A stretch of 64,000 nt of DNA from Candidatus Lustribacter sp. (GCA_965277805.1 OZ255842.1:2752001-2816000), one strand, 5' to 3'; positions 38,715-48,330 are shown, counted from the stretch's first letter. Notes: generated from the sequence alone by a model not told the origin. Program-made: numbers and translations.

Positions 38715-40166
38715 CTAATGCGAATATCCAAAGAGCACTTCGAGGTTGATCGAGGAGTAGCTACGCGCGACCGGTATCCCGCTGCCGCGCGGCAGGTAGG
38801 TTCCGACATCGGCGTAGACGCGGTAGGTGAAGATGCCGCCGCGCGCTTGCAGCCCCGCGAGACCATCGACGGCGTTGTTGTAGAACGCGCGGCTGGTATC
38901 GAGCGCCAAATCCACCCCGGCCAAGCCCCGCACGATCTTCGAACCGATGTAGAAGTTGTGGGTCACGTCGGCGTAGCCGATGGTGTTGACGTACCGGCTG
39001 TAGTGCGTGAGGCTGGCATCGATCTGCGTTTGCGACTTGTAACCGCCCGCCCCGATGCGCGTGGAGAGGAGCACGCCATAGCGTAAGTCCGACTCGTCGT
39101 GTCCGGTAAGGAGCGACGTGGCCTGGCCGCCCTCGACGAAGGCGTACGCGATCGGTGCGATCTTCGTGCGCAGGCCGGCCGAGAGAATGATGACGTTGTC
39201 GTTAAGGATCTCGTTGGCCGGCACGCTGCTGGCCTTCGCGTCGTTGGTGAGGTGAAAGGCGATATACGGCTGAATGCGCGTGGGCGCCACGTAATAGTGC
39301 GCGTCCAAGCCGTAAAACGTGTCGTGAAAGCGGCTCTCGTTGAGGCCGTAACCGAAGGCGTCGTAGCGCGTCGGCTTGCCGCCGCCGCCGCTGCCCGCGC
39401 CGGCCGCGAGCTGGGCCTTCGCTGCGGTCACGACGTCGGGATCGGACGAATGGGTGAGGGCGTTGAGTTCGGCCGTGCCGCGGGCCGTCTCGCCTTGCCC
39501 CAACAGCGCGTATGCGCGTTCTAAGCGGGCCTTATCGTCGTCGGGGACGAGCGCGATGTACTTATCGAGCGCGGCGATTTGCGCGGGCCGGTCTTTGAGG
39601 ATGAAGTCGATATACGAAACCTGACGCCAGGCGGCGGAATCGTCCGGGTGCGTCGCGAGTGTCGCGAGAAAGGCGTCGCGCGACGCCGCGAGATCGCCGC
39701 CCGCGAGCAACTCATACGCGTTGGTGAACGGCGGCGGCGATGCCGCGGCCGTCGGCGGCAAGACCGGCTGTGCCGGCGCGGGCGCCGGCGCTTGAGCGGC
39801 GAGTTGACGCTGGGCAGCCGCGCTCACGGCTGCAACATGCGAGTTCTTCAAACGTTCGAGCAGCGCCGTCGCTTCGTCGGGCCGATGGTCGGCGATCAAC
39901 GCATAGGCGTAGTCGAGTGCGAAGCGGTCGTCGGCCGAATCGCGCTTGAGAACCAGCGCGCCTTCAGCGACCGCCGCGGAGTATCGCTTGGCGCGCACGT
40001 CCGCATAGAAGACCGCCTTCTCGCGCTCCACCATGGCGCTTTGCGTCGACCCGCTTTGCGCGGCTACCGGTTGGAAGCTCGTGAAGATCGTCGTCAGCGA
40101 CGCGATGGCCGCAATCCCGAGCGGAACGAAGGATCGCACTACACCTTCTACCCAAGGTTGAAGCAT
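38715..40166 (-). CDS. TPR plus C-terminal beta-barrel protein (NfrA/YaiO-like export component)
   Basis: Signal peptide, TPR motifs (LDYAYAL, LERAYALL), alternating beta-strand C-half ending VLFGYSH; abuts the nfrB-like start; start may be GTG 40139. Confidence 0.6.
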   Translation of the reverse strand: MLQPWVEGVVRSFVPLGIAAIASLTTIFTSFQPVAAQSGSTQSAMVEREKAVFYADVRAKRYSAAVAEGALVLKRDSADDRFALDYAYALIADHRPDEATALLERLKNSHVAAVSAAAQRQLAAQAPAPAPAQPVLPPTAAASPPPFTNAYELLAGGDLAASRDAFLATLATHPDDSAAWRQVSYIDFILKDRPAQIAALDKYIALVPDDDKARLERAYALLGQGETARGTAELNALTHSSDPDVVTAAKAQLAAGAGSGGGGKPTRYDAFGYGLNESRFHDTFYGLDAHYYVAPTRIQPYIAFHLTNDAKASSVPANEILNDNVIILSAGLRTKIAPIAYAFVEGGQATSLLTGHDESDLRYGVLLSTRIGAGGYKSQTQIDASLTHYSRYVNTIGYADVTHNFYIGSKIVRGLAGVDLALDTSRAFYNNAVDGLAGLQARGGIFTYRVYADVGTYLPRGSGIPVARSYSSINLEVLFGYSH

Positions 40167-40174
40167 TCAAGCCC

Positions 40175-41130
40175 TTACCACGTACGTTTTTTCTGCGCGC
40201 CCTCGGTGCGGCGGCCCTCAGCCTTACTGCCCGGCCGGCGTTCGCGGCCGACCTGATCATCCAAGGAAAGGGCGACTGGCTCTTTCCGGCGTGGGAAAGC
40301 CTCACGGATCCCGGCACGGCCGGCATCGCCGCGGCAACGAAAATCATCGCAGCGGCAAATCGTACATTTAAAGCCGCCGGAATCGGGCTGCTCGTCGAGG
40401 TTGTGCCGATGAAAGCACGTTATTACCCCGACCGCCTACCGGACGGGGTCGCAATGACGCCCGCGGTCACGGCCCGCTACGGCGCGATTCTCGCGGGCCT
40501 CACCGCGGCGGGCGTCGCCAACCTCGACGTCGATGCCGTGCTGCGCACCGTCACTCAGCAGATGTTTCTGCGCACCGACTATCATTGGACCGAGTGGAGC
40601 GCCGAAGCGGTCGCACAAGCTGCCGCAAAGGCGCTGCAGTCGATGGCATCGTTGCCGCCCGCACCGACGCCGCTCCCGCCGCTCACGGCATTCTACACCG
40701 AGTCGCATGGAGGCGACCTCGAGGCGCTGCTCTCGCCCGATCGTCAAAAGAGCATCGGAGCCGAACCGATCACGACGCGCGTGATCGACGCGTCGCGCGT
40801 GCAATTGCTCGACTCCGCTAAGGCCGACGTGCACATCGTCGGCAACAGCTTCTCGATGCCCTATCTCGGCTTCCCCGAAATGCTCGCGGAGACGCTGCAC
40901 GAGCCGGTCGGCGTGACGGCAAAATTCGGCAACGCCGGACCGTGGGAAACGATGGTGCAGTATCTTGAATCGCCGGAGTTCGCGGCGCGGCGCCCGCGCG
41001 CAATCGTCTGGCAATTCGAAAAGGCCTCTTCATGCACGGCCCTGCCTCGACCGGCTTCTGGGATGTGGCCTCGCTGATGTCCGATCAGACGTTCTTGGGG
41101 CGGGTCGCAAAGGCGGTGCCCGCGTCGTGA
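40175..41130 (+). pseudogene. Second AlgX/AlgJ-like SGNH acetyltransferase; no canonical start, frameshift near 41020
   Basis: In-frame upstream of 40403: PRTFFLRALGAAALSL...GKGDWLFPAWE; FLRTDYHWT, VGNSFS, IVWQFE; shifted tail GLFMHGPASTGFWDVASLMSDQTFL matches the paralog tail. Confidence 0.75.
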
Positions 41131-41209
41131 GCGCCGCACCGGATTGGGAAGACGCAAAAACCGTCATTACAACGCAACAGCGACCGCTATGCGGCCGCTT
41201 GGGTCTTGA
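41127..41209 (+). pseudogene. Collapsed gene remnant (start and stop retained, middle apparently deleted)
   Basis: GTG overlaps the upstream TGA and TGA overlaps the downstream TTG; 83 nt, out of frame. Confidence 0.35.
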
Positions 41210-41352
41210 CGCGCGCGCCGTTCTGGCCGCTCGCGCGCCGCGGCGGGATCGTGGGGCCCATCGTCCTCGGGCTAGCACTCGCCGTGGTGATCGTGGCGAT
41301 GATCGTGCTGGCTCCGTCGGCTGACTCGCATTTCATCTACACCGATTTCTAG
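41206..41352 (+). CDS. 48-aa DltX-like single-TM micropeptide
   Basis: MTRAPFWPLARRGGIVGPIVLGLALAVVIVAMIVLAPSADSHFIYTDF*; C-terminal FIYxxF motif; below ORF-track cutoff. Confidence 0.7.
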   Translation: MTRAPFWPLARRGGIVGPIVLGLALAVVIVAMIVLAPSADSHFIYTDF

Positions 41353-41407
41353 TCCGGCCGCGCAGCACGAAGCGGCGCTGCGCGCGCCGTGGCCGCTCGC
41401 GATCACC

Positions 41408-42296
41408 GTGGCTGCGGCCGTACTGATTCTGCTCGACCTCGTTTTTCGCGCGTTGTGGCACCCGCATCCCTCGCGCCTGCCCGAGCAGTTCTCGACGCCG
41501 TACTTGAAGGCGTACGTCGATGCCGAACGCGGCGCGGCACCCGTCGTCGTGCTGGGCGACTCCGCGCTTTGGGGTTACGAGTTGCCGGCCGGCGAGGCGC
41601 CGGTCGAGCAACTCGCCGCGCTGCGCAAACAGGATGCGTTCCTCAACCTCAGCTACGAGGGCGGCAGCGTGGTCAACAGCCTCTATGCGCTGCGGCTGGC
41701 GCTTTCGCGGGGCGTGCGTCCGAGCGCCGTGATCGTGAACCTCAATAGCAAGGAATTCAACGCGTCCGACAGCGCGTATAAACGCCTTTTGCCCGCGCTC
41801 GAACGCGCGATGGCGCCGACCCTCAGCGCGCACGACCGCGCGCTGCTCACGACGCTGCCCGCCCCGACGATCGCCGACCGGCTCGACGCGGCGGTATCAC
41901 GCATTTGGGCGCTCTACCGCAACCGCGTCGACGTTCGCGTCGCGCTGTTCGGGTACGACGACTTCACGGGCCTGGTGACGGCCGGCATTCACCAGCTCAC
42001 CGGTGAGACCCAACGCTACGAATCGGCGCACCGGCCGACACCCGAAGCGTTTCTCGGAACCTACAACCTCGATCCGATCGGGTCCGGTAACGTCGAGGCA
42101 ATCTATCTGGGCGAATTGCGCAACGAACTCGTGCGCGCACACATTCCCACCATCGCCTTTCTCACGCCGACGAACCATCGTTTGCTATCCGACACGACGA
42201 GCGACCCGGCCTACGCCGCGAACCTGAAGCACATCGCTAGCTTGATGGCCGGTCCCGGCATTCACGTCGTCGACCTCGATCGCCTCGACGTCGGCC
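41408..42296 (+). pseudogene. DltD/DUF1574-like membrane-anchored SGNH protein, C-terminus deleted
   Basis: N-terminal TM, VVVLGDS, NLSYEGG, FLTPTN, VVDL; no DxxH follows; start may lie further upstream (CTG 41321). Confidence 0.6.
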
Positions 42297-42467
42297 TGGG
42301 GCGAGTTCGTCGTGCCCCGCTTTCCGTTTCTCGCCCGGGGCGCGTACTGGCACGGCGCATCCGTTGCAGCGACGTTTACGTTTGTGGCGCTCGGGTGGGT
42401 GCTCTTCGCGTCGCCGTCAATTCCAACCGCGATGATCGTCTTCAGCAACCTCATCCCGCATCGTTAG
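42296..42467 (+). pseudogene. C-terminal fragment of an MBOAT O-acyltransferase (AlgI/DltB-like)
   Basis: Alternative frame ...YWHGASVAATFTFVALGWVLFASPSIPTAMIVFSNLIPHR*, matching the TFxFVxxGWVLF MBOAT tail. Confidence 0.6.
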
Positions 42468-42982
42468 GTTTTTTTCTCGCGCTTCGCGCGCTGCAGGTCG
42501 GCGCGGATGTCGTATTCGAGATTGGCCGACTTGATTGCGGCGAGCGGGATCGCGAGTTCGGTTTCGCCCTTGGCGCCGGTGTGCAGGATGACGTCGCTGC
42601 CGCGCACGCCGCGCAACACGCCGCGGTGCGTTTTGGCATTGCCGATCGCGAGCGTGGTGACGATCTTCGCATTGCGTCCGCTGAAGCGGTCGTAGTCGGA
42701 TTCTTTGACCAGCGGCCGGTCGACGCCGGCCGAACTGACCTCGAGCGTGTATTCATCCGGAAACGCATCGAGCGCCACGTTGATACGCGCGGCGATGCGC
42801 TCGCACGTTTCGATGTCGACGCCGCCTTCGCGATCGACCATCACAATCAGGGCCGACGTGCGTCCCGGGCGGATTCCCGATGTGACGATCTCGATCGCAC
42901 GAAAGGCCGGCTCGTGCGGAATGGCGCGAACGATACGCTCGAAGGCTTCGGCGAAGGGTGTTGCGTTCGCGGATTCATGCAT
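42464..42982 (-). CDS. rimP: Ribosome maturation factor RimP
   Basis: GVDIETCERI, YTLEVSSAGVDRPL, IKSANL. Confidence 0.92.
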   Translation of the reverse strand: MHESANATPFAEAFERIVRAIPHEPAFRAIEIVTSGIRPGRTSALIVMVDREGGVDIETCERIAARINVALDAFPDEYTLEVSSAGVDRPLVKESDYDRFSGRNAKIVTTLAIGNAKTHRGVLRGVRGSDVILHTGAKGETELAIPLAAIKSANLEYDIRADLQRAKREKKT

Positions 42983-42993
42983 GCCGGCGTGTT

Positions 42994-44268
42994 CTACGGA
43001 CGGCGGCGCGGCACCGGGGTCGTGATGCTGCCGGGTTCGACCTTGATCATCCCGGGCGTATCGCACGGGATCTCGACCGTTTCGATGTCGGGCTTCACGT
43101 CGCGCAAGGGACCCGGCAGCGTGAGGGCGCCGGGTTTGGAGACGTCGGGCGCGGAGTCGACCGGGCGCAGGGGGTGCTCGGTGATCTTGTATGCGCGGCA
43201 CACATCCTTACCCAGCAGCCCGTGGACGTGTTCGTAGACGTACTCCACTGAGTCTGCCCGGCTGACCGTGCGGGTGGTGTAAATCAAACCGAAGGTCTTC
43301 GCCAGGATCTCAAGCGGCGGCGCGAGCGCGGCTTCGTAGGCGTCGAGGACGCGGTTGGTGGTGTAGCCCGAGCCGAGGTCGACCTTCTGCATGCCGGCCG
43401 TCGGTTTGGTCGGCAGCGCGGCGCGCAGCCGATCGTTCAAATTGCCCAGTCCCGCGGCGGGCGCCGTCGTGGCCGCTGGCCGGGGCACCGCTGACGGCGT
43501 CGTCAGTGCAACCGGAACGTGGACGGGCGCCGGAATCGGCGTGGCCGGCAGTGCAACGCGCAGCGGTGCGGGCCCGGCGGTGGCGGGCCCCGGTGCAGCG
43601 ACGGCGGCGGGACGCGGCACCGCACGTTCGGCGACGGCCGTCGCTACAGCCGTTGGTACTGCGGTCGGGGCGGCGGTGGCGCGCGTCGTCGGGGCGGCGG
43701 TCGGCGCGACCGTGGGGACCGCGGCCGGTGCTTGTGTCGGGCGTTCCGTCGGCTCGGGCGTGGGCCGCACGGTCGGCTCGGGCGTCGGCCTGATCGTCGG
43801 TTCGGGCGTCGGGCGGACGGTCGGTTCCGGCGTTGGTTCCGGCGTCGGACGGATCGTGGGTTCCGGCGTTGGACGGACGGTGGGTTCCGGCGGAAGCGGC
43901 TCGGGCGCAATGACTGGCGGCGGGCTTGGTGGTTGCGGCGTTGCGTTCGGAACGATGCGCGCGAGTTCGCGCGCCACCGGCGGAACGGTCGGAACGATTT
44001 TCGGTCGCGGACGCGGCGGAACGGGAACCGGTACCACACGCGGACGCACGACCGGCGCGGCGGTGTGGATGACGACCGGCGGCGGCGACGTCACGGGCGG
44101 CGCGGTCTCCGTGTGAATCGTCAGTTGCGTGTCGGCCACGACCGATTCGGGCGCGCCGCCTTCGATGAGCGCGCGCAAGACGAACGCGGCCAACAGCACG
44201 AGCGCGACGGCATGAATGAGGATCGAGCAGAGATACGCCACGGCGAATCGTCGCCGGTCGCCGGGCAT
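42994..44268 (-). CDS. TonB/TolA-like membrane-anchored Pro-rich protein
   Basis: TM with SILIH motif, long Pro/Thr spacer, unrecognised Cys-containing C-domain. Confidence 0.6.
   Translation of the reverse strand: MPGDRRRFAVAYLCSILIHAVALVLLAAFVLRALIEGGAPESVVADTQLTIHTETAPPVTSPPPVVIHTAAPVVRPRVVPVPVPPRPRPKIVPTVPPVARELARIVPNATPQPPSPPPVIAPEPLPPEPTVRPTPEPTIRPTPEPTPEPTVRPTPEPTIRPTPEPTVRPTPEPTERPTQAPAAVPTVAPTAAPTTRATAAPTAVPTAVATAVAERAVPRPAAVAAPGPATAGPAPLRVALPATPIPAPVHVPVALTTPSAVPRPAATTAPAAGLGNLNDRLRAALPTKPTAGMQKVDLGSGYTTNRVLDAYEAALAPPLEILAKTFGLIYTTRTVSRADSVEYVYEHVHGLLGKDVCRAYKITEHPLRPVDSAPDVSKPGALTLPGPLRDVKPDIETVEIPCDTPGMIKVEPGSITTPVPRRRP
43735..43890 (-). repeat. Intragenic 24-bp tandem repeat encoding PEPT(V/I/E)RPT, about 6.5 copies
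   Basis: PEPTVRPT PEPTIRPT PEPT PEPTVRPT PEPTIRPT PEPTVRPT PEPTERPT. Confidence 0.85.
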
Positions 44269-44365
44269 GCGACGCACGCCGCAGTCTACCGTCCGGGCAG
44301 GTCGATGGCCTTTCCAAGTATGTGACACAAAATGGCTGCGCGCTTTTGTTCCGAACGCAGGGGCA

Positions 44366-45799
44366 ATGACTAAGCGGACCAAGATCGTGGCCACGATCGG
44401 GCCGGCGTCCCGCGAACCGAACATGCTGCGCGAGCTGTTTCGGGCCGGCGTCAACGTCGCGCGGCTGAACTTCTCGCACGGAACGCACGCGGAGCACGCG
44501 GCCGTCATCGCCGACGTCCGCGCGATCGCAGCCGAACTGGGGATGCACGTCGCGGTGCTGCAAGATCTGCCCGGACCCAAAGTGCGCACCGGTCCGCTGG
44601 CCGACGGTGCACCGTCGGTGCTGCTCGCCAACGGCGCGCCGTTTACGCTCACGACCGATGCCGTCTCCGGCACGGCTGCGCGCGTCAGCGTTTCGTACGC
44701 CGGTTTGGCGGCCGACGTCGAAGCCGGCAAACACATCTATCTCGCCGACGGCGCGATCTCGCTCGTCATCGAATCGGTCGTGGGCAGCGACGTTCACACC
44801 CGGGTCGAAAGCGGCGGCGCGCTGCGGCCGATGCAAGGCATCAACTATCCCGACGGCACGCTCAAACTCGATGCGGTCACCGATCGCGACTTCGAACATC
44901 TCGCCTTCGGCCTCGACGCCGGCGTCGACTGGGTGGGCGTCTCGTTCGTGCGCAGCGCAGCCGACATCGAGCGCGTGCGGGCGTTCATGGACGAGCGCGG
45001 CAAACGCGTTCCGATCATGGCCAAGATCGAAAAGCACGAAGCGCTCGAAGACATCGACAACATCGTGCTGGCTGCCGACGGCATCATGGTGGCGCGCGGC
45101 GACCTCGGCATCGAGGTCCGGCTCGAAGACGTGCCGCTGATCCAGAAAGACCTGATCGCGCGCGCCAATCGCGCCTCGAAGCCGGTGGTCACCGCGACGC
45201 AGATGCTCGAGTCGATGATTTCGAGTTCGCGCCCGACACGCGCCGAAGCCACCGACGTCGCCAACGCGATCCTCGACGGCACCGATGCGGTCATGCTCAG
45301 CGGCGAAACGGCACGCGGCGAATATCCGCTCGAAGCGGTGCGCACGATGGCGACGATCGCTGCCGCGGTCGAGAAGCAGTATCCGCACGGGCGCTTCTTC
45401 CGCCGTCACCAAAGCGACGTGGACATTCGCGCCAGCGACGATATCGCCACAGCGATCGCCGAAGCGGCCGCCAGCAGCGCCGAGCGATTGAACCTAAAGC
45501 TGATCGTGACCGGTACGACCACCGGCAACACCGCGCGTTACATCTCGTCGTTCCGCCCGAAGGCGATGATCATCGGGCTCACGCCGTTACCGGAGATCGC
45601 GCGCCAGATGACGATGGCGTGGGGCGTCGAGTCGGTCCTCGTGCAGAACTATCGCTATTTTGAAACGCTGATCGAGATCGCCGAACAGCGCGTCATCACC
45701 GACGGCCTCGCCCAGCCCGGCGAAACCATCGCCATCACCAGCGGCATGCCCGTCGGCGCCGGCGGCACGAACGTCTTAAAAATTCACCGCCTCCCGTAA
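44366..45799 (+). CDS. pyk: Pyruvate kinase
   Basis: RTKIVATIGPAS, ARLNFSHG, MVARGDLG, TATQMLESM, MLSGETA. Confidence 0.97.
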   Translation: MTKRTKIVATIGPASREPNMLRELFRAGVNVARLNFSHGTHAEHAAVIADVRAIAAELGMHVAVLQDLPGPKVRTGPLADGAPSVLLANGAPFTLTTDAVSGTAARVSVSYAGLAADVEAGKHIYLADGAISLVIESVVGSDVHTRVESGGALRPMQGINYPDGTLKLDAVTDRDFEHLAFGLDAGVDWVGVSFVRSAADIERVRAFMDERGKRVPIMAKIEKHEALEDIDNIVLAADGIMVARGDLGIEVRLEDVPLIQKDLIARANRASKPVVTATQMLESMISSSRPTRAEATDVANAILDGTDAVMLSGETARGEYPLEAVRTMATIAAAVEKQYPHGRFFRRHQSDVDIRASDDIATAIAEAAASSAERLNLKLIVTGTTTGNTARYISSFRPKAMIIGLTPLPEIARQMTMAWGVESVLVQNYRYFETLIEIAEQRVITDGLAQPGETIAITSGMPVGAGGTNVLKIHRLP

Positions 45800-46768
45800 T
45801 TAGTTCGCGATTGACGAAGGTCGAGTGTCGGTCAAAGATACGTCATCAAAGATATGGGTTTTGTGCGCTTCGACGGCGTCGATGAGGACTTTGCCGTAGA
45901 CGGACTGGTCGAGTTTGCGGTAGCCGGCTTGGATCGCTTGTTCGAAGCATTGCAGGTTGGCAGCGTTTTGCGCGACCGGGATGTCGAGCGAGCGCGCGAA
46001 TTGCAGCGAGAGAAATAGGTCTTTCGCCATCCACTCCGTGGCGAAGCCGGCCTGCCAGCCGTTGGTGGCCGGGCTGTTCGGCAGCACGCCCGGCACCGGC
46101 ACGCGCTGCTGGATCGCGACGCAATTGGCGGTCGACACCGCGAACACGTCGGTCGCGAGCTTCGCATCCACGCCGGCTGCGTGCAAGATCGCGTACGCCT
46201 CGGCGAGCGCGATCGTCTGCGCGCCGGCGATCATCTGATTGCAGAGCTTGAGCGTCTGCCCCATGCCCGGGCCGCCGATGTGGAAGATGTTCTTGGCCAT
46301 CGATTCCAGCACCGGACGCACGCGCTCGAGAATCGCCGCCTCACCGCCGATCATCATCGTCAGCGTGCCCGATTTCGCGCCGATCGTGCCGCCGGAGAGC
46401 GGCGCTTCGATCATGTCGACGCCGCGTTCCGCACACAAGGCGATCAGCTGCTGCGAAGCCGACGGATCGATCGTCGACGTATCGACGAACGCCGCGCCGC
46501 GCGCGAAGCCGGCGAGCAAACCATCGGCGCGCGTCAGCACGTCGCGCACTTCATCCTGCGTCGGCAGACAGGTCAGGATCACGTCGGCATTTTGCGCGGC
46601 CTCGCGCGGGGTCGCGGCGCGCACGGCCCCGGCGGCAACCAGCGCGTCGGCCTTCGCAGCGGTACGGTTCCAAACCGTCAGCGGGAAGCCGGCGGCCAAG
46701 ATGTGTTCCGACATCGGCAACCCCATCGCCCCCAAGCCGAGAAACGCGACGCGCGTTTTGTCCGCCAC
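45800..46768 (-). CDS. 3-hydroxyisobutyrate dehydrogenase-family oxidoreductase
   Basis: FLGLGAMGLPM, EAPLSGG, KLCNQM. Confidence 0.88.
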   Translation of the reverse strand: MADKTRVAFLGLGAMGLPMSEHILAAGFPLTVWNRTAAKADALVAAGAVRAATPREAAQNADVILTCLPTQDEVRDVLTRADGLLAGFARGAAFVDTSTIDPSASQQLIALCAERGVDMIEAPLSGGTIGAKSGTLTMMIGGEAAILERVRPVLESMAKNIFHIGGPGMGQTLKLCNQMIAGAQTIALAEAYAILHAAGVDAKLATDVFAVSTANCVAIQQRVPVPGVLPNSPATNGWQAGFATEWMAKDLFLSLQFARSLDIPVAQNAANLQCFEQAIQAGYRKLDQSVYGKVLIDAVEAHKTHIFDDVSLTDTRPSSIAN

Positions 46769-47598
46769 TACTTCGATCCCTTCGCTGCTTGTGTGACGCC
46801 GATCGCCGCATAGCGATCCGCCAATCCTTCGTACATCTTTTCCACGCCGGGCTCAATCTTGCCGAACGATGCGATCTCGCGCATCTCGCCGTCCCAGCGG
46901 TAGGCCTTCGGATACATCCGCGGGATCTGACGCGTGAGCCACGCGTACAGCTCCGGTTGACTCGTGCCGAATTCGTTCTTGAGCGCTTCGCTTACGCCGC
47001 CGTATTCGGCGCACGCGAACATCGCCGAGCCGATGCCCGTGATGCCTTTGGTCAAACCGCCGTAGCACATCTTGAGCGCCGAAGCGATTCCGATGTCGCC
47101 GGCCAGCGGGAGGACGAAGAGCCCGTGAGCGTTCAGCACTTCGAACGCCGCGACGTCGGGGCCGCACGCGTAGATGTGCGGACCGTCGTAGCCGTCGTGC
47201 GGCGGTCCGCCGATGATCCCGGCATCGACGTACCCCATCCCTGCACGCACGATCACCTCGCCGATTGCCGCCGCCGTTTCGGGAGCGATCGCGTTGCAGT
47301 CGACGTAGACGAGCCGCGCCGAGCCGCGCACGAAAGCCGCCGCAAAACCGCGCGCGACCTCGAGCGCCTTGTCCGGCGGAACGATCGACAACACCAGCGG
47401 GCAGGTCCGCGCAACGGCGGCGAGATCTTCGACCGTGCCGATCCCGGCTCGATGGACGCGCTCGGCGCTGGCCGCACTGCGGCCGGCGAGCGTCGTTCGA
47501 ACATCGGCGCCGTGCGCCGCAAGCCATCCGCCGATGCCGCTGCCCATCTCGCCGGCGCCGATGAGCCCGACCCGCGTGTAGCTCGCTTTTGCATCCAT
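46768..47598 (-). CDS. NAD(P)-dependent oxidoreductase with DUF1932
   Basis: GAGEMG, VDAGIIGGPP, ASALKMCYGGLTKG, KAYRWDGEMREI. Confidence 0.85.
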   Translation of the reverse strand: MDAKASYTRVGLIGAGEMGSGIGGWLAAHGADVRTTLAGRSAASAERVHRAGIGTVEDLAAVARTCPLVLSIVPPDKALEVARGFAAAFVRGSARLVYVDCNAIAPETAAAIGEVIVRAGMGYVDAGIIGGPPHDGYDGPHIYACGPDVAAFEVLNAHGLFVLPLAGDIGIASALKMCYGGLTKGITGIGSAMFACAEYGGVSEALKNEFGTSQPELYAWLTRQIPRMYPKAYRWDGEMREIASFGKIEPGVEKMYEGLADRYAAIGVTQAAKGSK

Positions 47599-47655
47599 GT
47601 CCGCCTACTTTGGGACTTCTATCCCTCCCTCATGCCGGCGCGCCGGGAGGCCGCG

Positions 47656-48330
47656 TTAGCGATCGTTGACGGTGGCGAACATCGGCGTATCGACGACGAC
47701 GTTGGTGTAGGTCGCGGTGAGCTCGGCGCGCATGTGCGGGATGTCGAACGTCGCGTGCTGCGCGGTAACGACATCGTTCGGACCGATCGGCGCATAGGTC
47801 TGCGTCAGCACGATCGTTCCGCCGTCGCGGCGCTTCCACGTCGCTTGGAGCATGCGTCCGTTCTTGTTGTCGGTTTGGATGTCCAAGTAGGTTACCATAC
47901 CGCCGGGCTTCTTCGGCGTCAGCCGCAGCACGGGCGCGTCTGAGGTACTCAGCGGCGACATCGTGATGTCGTAGCGCGCGGTCCACGTTTCCGGATCGCC
48001 CAAATCGTAATGCAGGTCGTTGAACTTCGCCGCGATGTGTGGCAAGTTCTGAAGCTGATAATGGTAGAGCCCCGGTTTGCGGTAGGTGCTCGTGCCGTGA
48101 ACGGTGAGCCCGATGAACGGAAACGAATGCAGCTTTACGTGCAGCTCGAGATCCGCCGAGTACCCTTCGGGCGTACGCGGATCGGCGGACAGGCGCGCCA
48201 GCACGATGGCCGGTGCGGCGGCGGCCGCTCCCAGCGGGCCGATCTCGTCGGCGCGAACGGCGCTCCCATAGAACAGCAGGCCGGCGAGAAGCACGGCAAT
48301 TCGGCGATAGCGAAACGGCTGACGCCCCAT
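47656..48330 (-). CDS. Secreted hypothetical protein (possible LolA-like fold)
   Basis: Signal peptide, beta-rich sequence, typical codon usage. Confidence 0.6.
   Translation of the reverse strand: MGRQPFRYRRIAVLLAGLLFYGSAVRADEIGPLGAAAAAPAIVLARLSADPRTPEGYSADLELHVKLHSFPFIGLTVHGTSTYRKPGLYHYQLQNLPHIAAKFNDLHYDLGDPETWTARYDITMSPLSTSDAPVLRLTPKKPGGMVTYLDIQTDNKNGRMLQATWKRRDGGTIVLTQTYAPIGPNDVVTAQHATFDIPHMRAELTATYTNVVVDTPMFATVNDR

Noticed and set aside
36740-42470. Island as a mobile element
   Set aside because: No integrase, transposase, terminal repeats or target duplication seen, and composition resembles the host. Treated as an accessory locus only.
41408-43237. 609-aa plus-strand ORF as one protein
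   Set aside because: Only the first ~295 aa are SGNH-like. The rest is read-through past a deletion junction and antisense to rimP.
43735-43890. Tandem repeats as a CRISPR array
   Set aside because: No unique spacers. They are in-frame coding repeats with synonymous variation, and there are no cas genes.
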